42,950 nt of DNA from a virus (lineage: Duplodnaviria; Caudoviricetes): positions 1 through 42,950 of IMG/VR virus record IMGVR_UViG_3300025635_000041; one strand, written 5' to 3'. The first letter of the stretch is position 1. Each line of letters starts with the position of its first letter. The notes under the pieces were generated by a model that was given only the letters and a program-made list of their open reading frames with translations, did no database searches and was not told the origin of the DNA. Below, in pieces: positions 8,615 to 18,191 of the stretch. The translations under genes were made by a program, and so were the position numbers.

Positions 8615-9769
8615 ATGGTAAAAAAATTATCACAAGCTGAATTAGAAATTGAAGCGTTAGCAGATGTTTTTAACATAGCAACGACGCATTTTGAAGAACT
8701 TAGCAAAAAGGCCAAAAATATTGCCTTCGGTATCTATAGTAAAGCAGCTTCCTCCGGTGATCATAGTATAGCAGCTTCCTCCGGTTACTCTAGTAAAGCA
8801 GCTTCCTCCGGTTACTCTAGTAAAGCAGCTTCCTCCGGTGATCATAGTATAGCAGCTTCCTCCGGTGTTCATAGTATAGCAGCTTCCTCCGGTGATCATA
8901 GTAAAGCAGCTTCCTCCGGTAACTCTAGTATAGCAGCTTCCTCCGGTGTTCATAGTAAAGCAGCTTCCTCCGGTGTTCATAGTATAGCAGCTTCCTCCGG
9001 TATCTATAGTAAAGCAGCTTCCTCCGGTGATCATAGTAAAGCAGCTTCCTCCGGTAACTCTAGTATAGCAGCTTCCTCCGGTGTTCATAGTATAGCAGCT
9101 TCCTCCGGTAACTCTAGTAAAGCAGCTTCCTCCGGTTACTATAGTAAAGCAGCTTCCTCCGGTAACTATAGTAAAGCAGCTTCCTCCGGTGACTATAGCG
9201 CTTGTACGGCTGTAGGATATCGTGCCGCAGTAAAAGGTGATAAGGGCAATCTGATAATGGCATCTGAATATATTAAGAAAGATGGCGTTGTTATGCCCAT
9301 AGGCGGTAAAGCTGATATAATTGACGGAACTAAGCTAAAAGCAGATTGTTGGTATATCGTAGAAAATAATAAATGGGTACATGTTGATTTTACCGATAAT
9401 ATATTTTCCAGAGTTATATCTATTAGAAATGGCGTTAAGAAAGTTAAAACAGACGATGGTGTAATTTTATTTATTGTCAGTGATGATAGAGGAAATTCCG
9501 CGCATGGTGAAACTATTGCTAAAGCGCAGCAAGATCTAATCTATAAAGTGGTAGCGAAATTTGAGGGTGTTATCCCCAAATCTACTACAGGTAAGGAATG
9601 GATAGGGATATATAGAGGGCTAACAGGCGCTTGTGCTGTTGGTGTTAAAATGTTTGTTGAGCAAGTGGGAAAAAATCTAGATGATACTTACACTGCAGAA
9701 GAAATAGCCGAACTTGTGAAAGGCCATTATGGTGCTGATAAATTTGCAGAAAGTATTAAAGGTAAATAA
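8615..9769 (+). CDS. Nonapeptide-repeat (GxxS[KI]AASS) solenoid protein with conserved-looking C-terminal domains
   Basis: 17 repeats, then IDG..LKAD.WY, AHGETIAKAQQDL.YK and YRGLTGACAVG motifs recurrent in phage repeat proteins. Confidence 0.85.
   Translation: MVKKLSQAELEIEALADVFNIATTHFEELSKKAKNIAFGIYSKAASSGDHSIAASSGYSSKAASSGYSSKAASSGDHSIAASSGVHSIAASSGDHSKAASSGNSSIAASSGVHSKAASSGVHSIAASSGIYSKAASSGDHSKAASSGNSSIAASSGVHSIAASSGNSSKAASSGYYSKAASSGNYSKAASSGDYSACTAVGYRAAVKGDKGNLIMASEYIKKDGVVMPIGGKADIIDGTKLKADCWYIVENNKWVHVDFTDNIFSRVISIRNGVKKVKTDDGVILFIVSDDRGNSAHGETIAKAQQDLIYKVVAKFEGVIPKSTTGKEWIGIYRGLTGACAVGVKMFVEQVGKNLDDTYTAEEIAELVKGHYGADKFAESIKGK
8729..9187 (+). repeat. 17 x 27-bp tandem repeat GGT-N6-AGT-AWA-GCAGCTTCCTCC
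   Basis: Read directly from the sequence. Confidence 0.95.
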
Positions 9770-9771
9770 CC

Positions 9772-9960
9772 ATGATAGATACAAAAGAGCTTGATGCTCA
9801 AAAAGGGGATGATTTGAGCGATAAGCTTAAAGAATTAGTTGATTTTGCAGATGGCGCATTTCTATTGCCTAATAAAATACGCTTGGCAATAATCGAAATG
9901 TGCATGGATTATAAACGAACTAAAGAACAACTCACAACCACCCACCAATATAAGGAATAG
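9772..9960 (+). CDS. Hypothetical protein
   Basis: Tightly packed co-oriented ORF. Confidence 0.6.
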   Translation: MIDTKELDAQKGDDLSDKLKELVDFADGAFLLPNKIRLAIIEMCMDYKRTKEQLTTTHQYKE

Positions 9961-9964
9961 AGAT

Positions 9965-10384
9965 ATGAGATATTATTACGATGACCCGATAAAAGCTGCA
10001 TATATGGCAAGAGAGTTTCAATTTCGCTTTACAGACAAGCATAAATCTTGTGAATTATTCTATGACAACAATAAAGATTTCCCTTTTAATTTTACCCCTT
10101 CTAATGCAATTGGATGTGGATATACAGGAAAAGAATTTTATTTATTCCACTGCCACGAAATGCTTAAGCCGCAAGTGGAGGATGTAGTAAAAACATTATA
10201 CTCTATGGATGATATAGAGCGCGTATTTAAAGTGATTGGTCGCCATAGCTGGGAAGGGGAGGACGGCAGTAAACCAGAAGTTATATTACTTGATTCTATT
10301 CAATTTCCTTCTTGTGGCGAAAAAACTATAGAAATAATCCAACGCAACGGAAAAGCATTCTTTATGCCGGAAAGAGAGGAATAG
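9965..10384 (+). CDS. Hypothetical phage protein
   Basis: AAGGA RBS; YYYDDPIKAAYM...IIQRNGKAFFMPE. Confidence 0.75.
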   Translation: MRYYYDDPIKAAYMAREFQFRFTDKHKSCELFYDNNKDFPFNFTPSNAIGCGYTGKEFYLFHCHEMLKPQVEDVVKTLYSMDDIERVFKVIGRHSWEGEDGSKPEVILLDSIQFPSCGEKTIEIIQRNGKAFFMPEREE

Positions 10385-10503
10385 AATATGAAAGAAATAC
10401 GGCTTTCTAGAAATGAATTAGAAAACGAATCGAACCTTTACCGCAGTGTGCATAATGATAGTGGTAAAATAGGCAAAGCCACACTAAAGGAGTTAGGTAT
10501 ATT

Positions 10504-10875
10504 ATGAGAGCAAAATTATTAGAAGTTATCGAAGGTATAGAGTTAGATGACTTGGCAGAATCGGCGCTGCTTGATATTGTGTTAAACAAAATACAAACAC
10601 TGCAAATTAAAATTAAAGCTTTGGAAGCTGAAAATGCTTTAGAACGTGAAAAATTATACCATGATAGGTTGCATTTAAGGGAAGAGCATAAAAAACTGCA
10701 TTCCGATCCATTATATGGTGCGCAAGGTCAATATTATTATACAGATAACTCAGGAAACTTCTATTTTTTACGCGCAAGCGGCGGCATGATAATTGACATA
10801 ATACACTGGAAAAAGGATTATCAAATACATTTACAACAAATATCACGTAGGGAGTGGGAGGAAGCTATTAAATGA
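10504..10875 (+). CDS. Hypothetical coiled-coil protein
   Basis: RBS present, co-oriented. Confidence 0.65.
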   Translation: MRAKLLEVIEGIELDDLAESALLDIVLNKIQTLQIKIKALEAENALEREKLYHDRLHLREEHKKLHSDPLYGAQGQYYYTDNSGNFYFLRASGGMIIDIIHWKKDYQIHLQQISRREWEEAIK

Positions 10876-11132
10876 GATATTGTAGCATACCAGATATAGG
10901 AAACCTACGTAAATGGTTTGAGAAAAACTTTAGTTATGCATGTGCATATCACGATAGCCTATATAGTAATCATAAATTTAGCAGGTTAGAGGCCGATATA
11001 TATTTAGTAGAATACATGTATAAGTGTGTAATGATTAAAACGGTTTTATCTAGGTTAATAGTATACTACCCTACTATCTTATTAACGTTTGTGTTAGTTA
11101 GGTGTTTTGGGTGGGTGAGGTATAAGAGGTAA
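10872..11132 (+). CDS. Hypothetical protein with C-terminal hydrophobic segment
   Basis: GGAGG RBS; start overlaps the upstream ORF end. Confidence 0.55.
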   Translation: MRYCSIPDIGNLRKWFEKNFSYACAYHDSLYSNHKFSRLEADIYLVEYMYKCVMIKTVLSRLIVYYPTILLTFVLVRCFGWVRYKR

Positions 11133-11135
11133 TTT

Positions 11136-11306
11136 ATGAAATATTTATTAAGCGCACATAGAGAAGGCGTTCAACTAACAATAGTAATTGATGCACCGGA
11201 TGCAAGAGATGCATTGGCAATATTTGAATCAGATTTAGCTTGTCCTAGCGACTATACAGTAACGGTGATTGAATCATTAGGAGGCGATAATGAAAAAAAC
11301 ACTTAG
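11136..11306 (+). CDS. Small hypothetical protein, 56 aa (MKYLLSAH...)
   Basis: GAGG RBS; translated by hand. Confidence 0.55.
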   Translation: MKYLLSAHREGVQLTIVIDAPDARDALAIFESDLACPSDYTVTVIESLGGDNEKNT

Positions 11307-11475
11307 AGACGAAATAGCTATAGCGGCTATGCAGGGACTTATACAAAACCCTGTAGCATGGGTAAATGTAGTTTCTGATAATCAGGATATACCTAATCAT
11401 GATGCAGCCGCTGAATGGTGTTATGATATAGCAACCGCAATGCTAGAAGCAAGAAAGGAGAAAGATAATGCCTGA
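11290..11475 (+). CDS. Small conserved phage protein (LRDEIAIAAMQG family)
   Basis: TLRDEIAIAAMQGL...Y.IA.AML.AR; AGGAGG RBS. Confidence 0.75.
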   Translation: MKKTLRDEIAIAAMQGLIQNPVAWVNVVSDNQDIPNHDAAAEWCYDIATAMLEARKEKDNA

Positions 11476-11635
11476 GAAGTTCTTTTATACGTTTTGGATA
11501 TTAATTTTTCCATTTTTAGCGGTGTGGTTTGGCATTGCTATGAGCAAAAACAAATTACATAAATTAGCTTTTATCCCTGTTGTTTTAAGTATAACGGGTA
11601 TGATTATATCAGGTATATGCTGGATATGGAGTTAG
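11468..11635 (+). CDS. Small two-TM membrane protein, 55 aa
   Basis: AAGGAG RBS; two hydrophobic stretches; translated by hand. Confidence 0.6.
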   Translation: MPEKFFYTFWILIFPFLAVWFGIAMSKNKLHKLAFIPVVLSITGMIISGICWIWS

Positions 11636-11636
11636 T

Positions 11637-11753
11637 ATGCAACCATTAAATCTTATTAACTGGGCTTGCGCTGTAGGTTTTGCTGCTATAACAGCAGTCA
11701 TAATAGTACTTATAGTATATGAGGTTTGGAAATTATGGACAAATGAAAACTAG
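11637..11753 (+). CDS. Small single-TM protein, 38 aa
   Basis: GGAG RBS; WACAVGFAAITAVIIVLIV. Confidence 0.55.
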   Translation: MQPLNLINWACAVGFAAITAVIIVLIVYEVWKLWTNEN

Positions 11754-11765
11754 TAAGGAGTAGTT

Positions 11766-12053
11766 ATGACAGAAACACCTAAATTAGAAATAACAGAATT
11801 TAGTTCAACAGAATATAATTCAGATTGTTTAGTTATTACAAAAGATAATATTTATACTAGCAATGGAAAGATAGGAATAGGTACACTTGGAATTACTAAA
11901 TACGAGTGTCCAAAACACGGAGAAACTTATAACACTATAATGATAGTAAAAGATGATAAAAGACGTGTTTATTGCCAATCGTGCGTTAGTGAGATGATAA
12001 CACCAGAACTAATAGAAAGTACTGGAATAATGCCGATAAAGGCTAAGGAGTAA
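11766..12053 (+). CDS. Zn-binding hypothetical protein
   Basis: CPKHG...YCQSC; AAGGAG RBS. Confidence 0.7.
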   Translation: MTETPKLEITEFSSTEYNSDCLVITKDNIYTSNGKIGIGTLGITKYECPKHGETYNTIMIVKDDKRRVYCQSCVSEMITPELIESTGIMPIKAKE

Positions 12054-12096
12054 CCCCGACGGTTTGAGCTTCCAAGGATAGGCTTGCGGGGTTTTA
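12052..12096. terminator. Hairpin at the convergence of the two arms (probable terminator)
   Basis: AACCCCG...CGGGGTT followed by TT, right after the last plus-strand stop. Confidence 0.55.
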
Positions 12097-12126
12097 TCTA
12101 CCATTACGAGGATATGCTCGATATGG

Positions 12127-12273
12127 TTATTTCTTCAACCAAAACGCTATTGCGCCAAAGATAGCCGTAATTACAGCTACATAAGGCTGCGCTACTCCTA
12201 GTGTTGGCAATACTGATGCAGTAGTTGCCGCTATACCTGCGTATGATGATGCTTGTGTAAGTCTTTCTTTCAT
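12127..12273 (-). CDS. Holin-like small membrane protein, 48 aa
   Basis: MKERLTQASSYAGIAA...VAVITAIFGAIAFWLKK; GGGGA RBS; downstream of the endolysin; absent from the ORF track. Confidence 0.6.
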   Translation of the reverse strand: MKERLTQASSYAGIAATTASVLPTLGVAQPYVAVITAIFGAIAFWLKK

Positions 12274-12338
12274 ATAATCCCCATAAGATGAGCCACTTGT
12301 GATGAAGCGGCTACTGTTAATATAAATTTAGCATAAAT

Positions 12339-12764
12339 CTATGACTTATGCAATATCCCTCCTGCAAAACACTTTTCTAATGTCTTACCTTCGTCATTAC
12401 AAATATAAGCTATAGTATCAAATCTAGCAATATGGCGTTTACCATCTCTTTCAAAAATAATACTATTTGTCAGATATACTTTATTTTCACTTAAATGTTC
12501 ATTAGTTGGAATGTTTGTATCCATTATAGGAGATGTTTTATATATTTCTAAACCGCCCAGAAAAGAAATGCGTTCATAATTAAATATTTCAATTACAATG
12601 TCATCTTGTTCGTGGGGAAGATTTAAAAAAAACAACAAATCTTCGTTACTGGAATGTTCTGTAGGAGAGGTTTTACAAGAAAGTATAGTTGAAACATTAT
12701 CAAAAATAATAAAAGAATTTTTACTACCTTCAAAATAAGGCGCATTAGCAATCTTTATTAACAT
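12339..12764 (-). CDS. AT-rich moron-like hypothetical protein
   Basis: IIFDN...FDTIAYICNDEGKTLEK; has its own upstream non-coding region. Confidence 0.75.
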   Translation of the reverse strand: MLIKIANAPYFEGSKNSFIIFDNVSTILSCKTSPTEHSSNEDLLFFLNLPHEQDDIVIEIFNYERISFLGGLEIYKTSPIMDTNIPTNEHLSENKVYLTNSIIFERDGKRHIARFDTIAYICNDEGKTLEKCFAGGILHKS

Positions 12765-12901
12765 AAAATACCTATCTAATTAATTAAAAATACGGGTTCT
12801 AGCCGTACTCATAAAATTAACATAAAATTATTGCTTTAGCAAGGGAATGTGGTATTAATATATTACTTCTTATTGTTAGAAAGGCCACCCCCTCTGGGCA
12901 A

Positions 12902-13339
12902 CTACGGGGTGGTTATCAATCCTGGAACGTATCCACCACCTACTTTAGTCAATACCTGTTTGTCTTTATTTCCCAACACATAACTTATATGTACCCACGT
13001 TGGCTCTAGAATTAACTGTTTGAATTCTAGGTTATCTCTTATCCACTCTGCTAATTCCATATTAGATACTTTAGGATGCCTTATATCTGCTGCACAAGCT
13101 GTTATGTGGTCACTATTCTTTGAACCGCCTACACCTTCGTTTACCTTTTGTTTTCTGTACCAAGATAACGGAGAGAATGCGCCGTAGCGTTCCCGTATAG
13201 GCTCTAAGATGTTGTTAGCTAGCCTTATAGCATTCATATAATAGATAGATGGCAGGACGTTGTCTAATTCGTTATCACGCGCATATTGCGAGCGTTGCAC
13301 TTCGTCTATAGTGAAGTTTTTCGAGATTGATATTTTCAT
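12902..13339 (-). CDS. Endolysin, peptidase M15A family
   Basis: ISKNFT..E, LEPIRE, SWYR...N..VGGS..SDH....AAD, WVHISY. Confidence 0.9.
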   Translation of the reverse strand: MKISISKNFTIDEVQRSQYARDNELDNVLPSIYYMNAIRLANNILEPIRERYGAFSPLSWYRKQKVNEGVGGSKNSDHITACAADIRHPKVSNMELAEWIRDNLEFKQLILEPTWVHISYVLGNKDKQVLTKVGGGYVPGLITTP

Positions 13340-13767
13340 TTAAAAAAATACTGTATTATGCTTATTAATATACCAGCGAAAGTAAACGCTTGCAAAACAA
13401 ACTTAGCAACCCATTTAAGTGTGCTATCCCTAACCACCATGGCCGCTATAGTCTTTTCAATAGAATCCATGCGGTTTAAGATATTCTTGCCTAAGTCTTT
13501 AAACTCTGAAATCGCTAGGGTAGAAAATGCGGCTTCAGTCTTTATCCTAGTAATCTCTTCGTTTTGCCTAGCTACTGTCTTTGCTAGTTCTGTATTAGCC
13601 TCAGAAAACCGTAGATAATCAGAAGTATATTCCGCCATGACTTGAGCGTACTTCTCGTGTTTTTGTCCACGTTCATCAAATTTATGTTCAAAAACTTTCT
13701 GGGATTGCTCCATATTTTTTACAGAACGCTCCAAATTATCTACACGATTTTCTATCGCTTTGGCCAT
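13336..13767 (-). CDS. Coiled-coil protein with C-terminal TM (lysis-associated)
   Basis: Heptad-rich body, hydrophobic C-terminus, overlaps the endolysin start. Confidence 0.7.
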   Translation of the reverse strand: MAKAIENRVDNLERSVKNMEQSQKVFEHKFDERGQKHEKYAQVMAEYTSDYLRFSEANTELAKTVARQNEEITRIKTEAAFSTLAISEFKDLGKNILNRMDSIEKTIAAMVVRDSTLKWVAKFVLQAFTFAGILISIIQYFFK

Positions 13768-14135
13768 TAGTCACCTTCTTTCTTTGGTGAACTGTCTTTT
13801 ATAGCAACACATAAATCCAAAATAGTTAGAATAATCTTCTTTTCACTGTCTAACTTATTTACTGCGTTCTTTAAGATCTGTATTTGAGATTCGCTAAAGT
13901 CGTATTCTTTCGCGCTTGCTTTGTCTTTATTAAGATCAATCTGGTCTTTTACTATATTGCCTTTTTCATCTTGAATAAGAACATGGCCTATGCTGTCTAA
14001 ATCTTCTTGTGTAACCTGTACTTTGTTTAAGATTTCCTTTACGCCTAATTGCTCGATTAAGCTACCTTCTTTGGGCACGACAGCGTTTGCAAGTTGCAGG
14101 CGTTGAGTAACGGTTAATGATAAAGATGTAGTCAT
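13767..14135 (-). CDS. Hypothetical protein (possible fibre chaperone)
   Basis: Position after the fibre; AAGGAG RBS. Confidence 0.7.
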   Translation of the reverse strand: MTTSLSLTVTQRLQLANAVVPKEGSLIEQLGVKEILNKVQVTQEDLDSIGHVLIQDEKGNIVKDQIDLNKDKASAKEYDFSESQIQILKNAVNKLDSEKKIILTILDLCVAIKDSSPKKEGD

Positions 14136-14138
14136 TAA

Positions 14139-14342
14139 TTAAGCTCCTTTTCTTGTTTTAGCCACAAAGTCCGTATGACTTTTGCGCTTTTCTGCCAGTG
14201 TTGTTTGTAGGGATAGGATTTGTCTTTCAATCTGGGCTACTTCGTTAGCCAAACTAGCCTCAACCTCAGACGCTAATACTTCCCTTTCAACAGTAGTAAC
14301 TTCTGTGAATTTACCTTCGCCTAAATCGATATAATCTTTCAT
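14139..14342 (-). CDS. Small coiled-coil protein
   Basis: AAGGAG RBS; directly after the fibre gene. Confidence 0.7.
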   Translation of the reverse strand: MKDYIDLGEGKFTEVTTVEREVLASEVEASLANEVAQIERQILSLQTTLAEKRKSHTDFVAKTRKGA

Positions 14343-14391
14343 GTTATTCTCCTTTTAATTGTTATAGTATAAATACCAGTTATTGTAAATG

Positions 14392-17300
14392 TTAACTTAA
14401 CACAACACCTTTCCACGCACCATTGTAACACCATAGTTTATTGTTTGTTGTGTCATATAACATAGCTACGTGACCACTATATGCAGTAGGTACTCCTGTT
14501 GGCGTTCCCGCACAAGTACGCAAGTAAAAGAAACCATTTGTTGCGCTAGTGGATAATGCGGAAGTCGCCCCAGCTACTACGTTCCCGTTGCTATCTAATG
14601 ACATAGCAACCGTGTTGTTTGGTGCTAAATACACGTTATATCCAGAAGGAGCATACAAACCTAAATGATATGAAGTAGCACCATCACCGCTATAAAGGCC
14701 AAGGTTTCCATTTATTTCACCTAAGCGCAATCCACTGCCTGTAAGTTTGTTTGTAAAAACATTAATCCCCCAAGTATTAGCAAAAACGTTCTGATAATCT
14801 GTACTAGAATAAAAACGAATTTTACCTGTGCTCATATCTAATTTTTCTTGCGGGTCTGTTTTGCCAATACCTACATTACCGTCATATCGTTGAAGCACAA
14901 GAGGTGTATAGGCTATACCGTTGGCTACTCCTTGAATCCATCCAAACCCATTTCCACTTGGAATATCATACCCTATCAATAACTCTTTATAATCTGAAGG
15001 AACTGTCCCATTATATCGCGCCGATATTTGCGCGGCTGAACCCGTATATCTAGCGACAAGGGTGAAATTAGGGTCGGCCTCGCCAATTCCAACATTTCCA
15101 CCCAAAGGGTTTAATAATAAATTACATCCATGATCTGCGCCGCTGAAAAAGTCAGTAGACTGTATCGTTGAACAAGTTCCTACGCCGCCGGTGTAGTAAT
15201 TCCCCATTTTAAGATAGCCGGAATTACCAGATTGGATTGCCACCTGTACAGGCAATGGGTTTGCCGCCCTACTCGAATATCCTGCGTTTTCGTTGACCAC
15301 AAGCCTCCAAGCTGCTCCTGATGTGTTGATACCAACCAAACCAGTATCATCTATTCTCATTCTTTCGGTTAATGTACCAGTAGTATTCTGGGATGTGTTG
15401 AATATTACCCTACCACCGGCGTTGCTAGGTGCGCCGATAATTGAAGCGGTAATATCAGATGAATTTGCAAGGCCAGAGTATGCGGAGCGGAATTGTAAAG
15501 TGTCGTTATTTGCTCCGCCGTCACTGCTCCCAATAATAGCAACAGCCGCTCCTGAAATCTGGTTAGCATGGAATACACCGCTTACAGAAGTCAGGCCAAT
15601 ACCTACTGAGCCGCCAAACGGTTGCAAAAGTATATTACCCTTAGTATTACTTTGGTTAGCAGCCTCAATAAACATAACATTTGTAGCGTTTTGACCGATA
15701 GTAAGCCTAGAATAATTCGTGCCAAAAATGTTATTTGTAACCACAAACCGGCCGACTTCGTTGTAAACCGCACTATTTGCGTTATTCCAGGCATCTAAGT
15801 AATTGGCTGGACTGTTAACGTTAATACCAACTTTACCACCAGTTAAAACTGTGAGCTGTGATGTCGCGCCGTTATTTTCGCGCATGTAGATAGTTTGTCC
15901 AGTCGGCCTGTTAAGGTTCAACTCTCCACCTGCTGATACCACCATTGAGTAATTGCCAGCATTGGTTTGATCTAATGCAGTATTGCCAAAAAGTGCATAT
16001 GTCGTGCTTACAGGCCACGGACCCGTTGCTACGGTTCCTATCGTTGTGTAAGCCGTAACAGAATTAATTGAAACCTTTGCGTTCCAAGTGCCACCATAAG
16101 TATCTGAGGTGTAGTTACCAAACTCAAACCATCTTGGTGTACCGGCGTCACTTGCACCAACAAACCTAAGAGGATACCTTGAGCCATCATTGTAGTACTG
16201 AATCGAATAACTACCTAAAGAACCTCTAAAACCTATACCGTCCGCTAATCCATCAGCAAAAAGCAAAGCACCCCTCGAGTCAAATCGCGCCACTTCCCGC
16301 CTGGTTATCGCCGCTGAGGCAGTAGTCGAAAATGTAATATATGTCGGTGTGCTTGTGTCGGTGAAGGTTGATTCTGCATAAAATTGCATTGCTGCCACGG
16401 CGTTGCTATATCCTGTAGCCGCATAACCCCTACCGAACAGTCCACCTAACCTGCCATTTGTTGTTATAGCGGTGGGAGAAGCTAAAGTATTAGAGCAACC
16501 AAAGACTTGTAGTAGTCCGCCATCATTACCAGAGCCTAGAAAATAATTATTCACCCCTGAACTGGTATTGTAATCAACAATTAACTTTACGTTCGCTTGA
16601 ATGAGAGACGTGCCGCTAGTCATTGCATTGATTGTCAGAGAGGAAGAGCCTACCGATAATAAATCCGGCACATAAACACCTGTGCTTGTTAGCCTTAGCC
16701 TTTCTGTGTTGTTGCGGTAAAGTTTAAGGTCGTCATTACTTGTAGTACCAAACCACAAAGCAGCCGCGCTAACTGATAACCCCATACCTTGAGTACTTAG
16801 CGTCCAGTAATTTTCCGTTGCCGCTGTTCCACATATACCCTGGAAAGCAGACACAGTATTAAAAGCCATAAGGTATTGGCAAGAACTCGAAGTAACTGCA
16901 ATCTCGTACGCTGTCCCGCTAACGCTAGGATGTGTGATAAGCATATCCACATCACCAGCAATAAAGCTAAGTGAGGCGTTTGCGGATGTAGTTATTTTAG
17001 AACCGTCATAATAACATATACCGTTAGCAACTTGGCTATTAGTATTAGTGCCTCCATTAGCTATAGGTAATACACCAGTCACACCTGTTGTTAGGGGTAA
17101 TCCAGTACAATTTGTTAATACTCCGGCTGTTGGAGTGCCTATATTTATATTAGGTAATGTAGTTGATAGGGAAGGTACACCACTTCCATTAGTCACCAAC
17201 ACCGCACTATTAACTGAGGTTATAGATGAAAGGGTTTTACTAGCACCAAAGTAAGCTACAGTATTTGCTGTTGCAGTGTTAAAATTATGGCTTCCGTACC

Positions 17301-17943
17301 AAGTTACATTAGCAGTATTAGCCGCGCCTAAATTGGCTATTTGTGTCGTGCCATTAGCTGCGTAAATATTAAGACCGTCTGTTGCGTCTGGGAGAATGGT
17401 GTGCGCTATTAAACTATGAACGCCTAGATTAAGATCTGTAGTAGCTCCCGTATAAGGTACGTATACATCACCTAAACCAGCTATAGCAGCAGCTATTGCA
17501 TTATCTACGTAAACCTTCGTAGTACCGCCGCCACCCCATCTTTTAGCACCACCAGTTTTTGATTCGGGAAGTTTTACAAATATCTGCTCGCCATCACTCA
17601 TGGTAAATATTAAATTACCATCGGCATTAGCGTTAATTTCTTTTACGTAACGCCCGTCTTTACCGGCTAATCCCACATCCCCAGGGTCGCCTTTAATCGA
17701 TAAACCAGGGTCGCCTTTAATCGAATCCCCCTTATCGCCTTTCTCACCTTTTGGAAGCAAGCCTAGGTTTTCTGTCGCGCCATCAGTATAACGGGCAATT
17801 AATTCACCATTGACTATCTTAAGCCTTTTTATGCCTCTCCCATCTTGCCCAGCTTCCCCACGAAGGTCTGCCATAGCAATGTCAGGGTTATTAGCTGCTT
17901 TTTGGATTAAGGCAGCAAGAACGTCATAAAGTTTTTCATCCAT
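14392..17943 (-). CDS. Tail fibre / receptor-binding protein, 1183 aa
   Basis: N-terminal collagen-like G-x-x triplets, [12 protein letters not shown], repeated ERMRID..G.VGIG beta-fibre units, C-terminal [13 protein letters not shown]. Confidence 0.88.
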   Translation of the reverse strand: MDEKLYDVLAALIQKAANNPDIAMADLRGEAGQDGRGIKRLKIVNGELIARYTDGATENLGLLPKGEKGDKGDSIKGDPGLSIKGDPGDVGLAGKDGRYVKEINANADGNLIFTMSDGEQIFVKLPESKTGGAKRWGGGGTTKVYVDNAIAAAIAGLGDVYVPYTGATTDLNLGVHSLIAHTILPDATDGLNIYAANGTTQIANLGAANTANVTWYGSHNFNTATANTVAYFGASKTLSSITSVNSAVLVTNGSGVPSLSTTLPNINIGTPTAGVLTNCTGLPLTTGVTGVLPIANGGTNTNSQVANGICYYDGSKITTSANASLSFIAGDVDMLITHPSVSGTAYEIAVTSSSCQYLMAFNTVSAFQGICGTAATENYWTLSTQGMGLSVSAAALWFGTTSNDDLKLYRNNTERLRLTSTGVYVPDLLSVGSSSLTINAMTSGTSLIQANVKLIVDYNTSSGVNNYFLGSGNDGGLLQVFGCSNTLASPTAITTNGRLGGLFGRGYAATGYSNAVAAMQFYAESTFTDTSTPTYITFSTTASAAITRREVARFDSRGALLFADGLADGIGFRGSLGSYSIQYYNDGSRYPLRFVGASDAGTPRWFEFGNYTSDTYGGTWNAKVSINSVTAYTTIGTVATGPWPVSTTYALFGNTALDQTNAGNYSMVVSAGGELNLNRPTGQTIYMRENNGATSQLTVLTGGKVGINVNSPANYLDAWNNANSAVYNEVGRFVVTNNIFGTNYSRLTIGQNATNVMFIEAANQSNTKGNILLQPFGGSVGIGLTSVSGVFHANQISGAAVAIIGSSDGGANNDTLQFRSAYSGLANSSDITASIIGAPSNAGGRVIFNTSQNTTGTLTERMRIDDTGLVGINTSGAAWRLVVNENAGYSSRAANPLPVQVAIQSGNSGYLKMGNYYTGGVGTCSTIQSTDFFSGADHGCNLLLNPLGGNVGIGEADPNFTLVARYTGSAAQISARYNGTVPSDYKELLIGYDIPSGNGFGWIQGVANGIAYTPLVLQRYDGNVGIGKTDPQEKLDMSTGKIRFYSSTDYQNVFANTWGINVFTNKLTGSGLRLGEINGNLGLYSGDGATSYHLGLYAPSGYNVYLAPNNTVAMSLDSNGNVVAGATSALSTSATNGFFYLRTCAGTPTGVPTAYSGHVAMLYDTTNNKLWCYNGAWKGVVLS
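17681..17724. repeat. 20-bp direct repeat (24-bp period) in the collagen-like segment
   Basis: ccagggtcgcctttaatcga at 17681 and 17705 (SIKGDPG x2). Confidence 0.85.
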
Positions 17944-18082
17944 TTTTCTTCTTTTTCTTTTTAGATTTCCCAGCTTTAGACAAGGCTATAGCTATTGCTT
18001 GCTTTTGAGGTCTTCCCGATTTTATTTCAGTTTTTATATTAGATGAAACTACTTTGTTTGAGGTGCCTTTTTTAAGTGGCAT
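17936..18082 (-). CDS. Small basic protein, 48 aa (MPLKKG...[17 protein letters not shown])
   Basis: AGGAGG RBS; recurrent phage motif QA.AIA.S.AG; translated by hand. Confidence 0.75.
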   Translation of the reverse strand: MPLKKGTSNKVVSSNIKTEIKSGRPQKQAIAIALSKAGKSKKKKKKNG

Positions 18083-18084
18083 AA

Positions 18085-18189
18085 CTACCTCCTTTTTGCT
18101 TTACCAGGAGTTAAACCGCTTGCTATTTTCTTAGCTAGGCTCTTTTGTTGTTTTGTTTTAGGCTCTTTTATTTTCTTTGGTTTTTTCAT
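18085..18189 (-). CDS. Small Lys-rich protein, 34 aa
   Basis: AGGAG RBS; fills the gap exactly. Confidence 0.6.
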   Translation of the reverse strand: MKKPKKIKEPKTKQQKSLAKKIASGLTPGKAKRR

Positions 18190-18191
18190 AT

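Noticed and set aside
8657-9088. Antisense Cys-repeat ORF (TGGSC...)
   Set aside because: Shadow of the 27-bp repeat, opposite to the operon direction.
8729-9187. CRISPR array (constant ~21 nt plus variable segment)
   Set aside because: Variable parts are only 6 nt and recur, the period is 27 nt in frame within a CDS, and no cas genes are present.
8729-9196. DGR-type adenine mutagenesis (most variants derive from AACTAT/AAA by changes at A)
   Set aside because: No reverse transcriptase or TR/VR pair; GATCAT needs non-A changes; other adenines in the unit are invariant.
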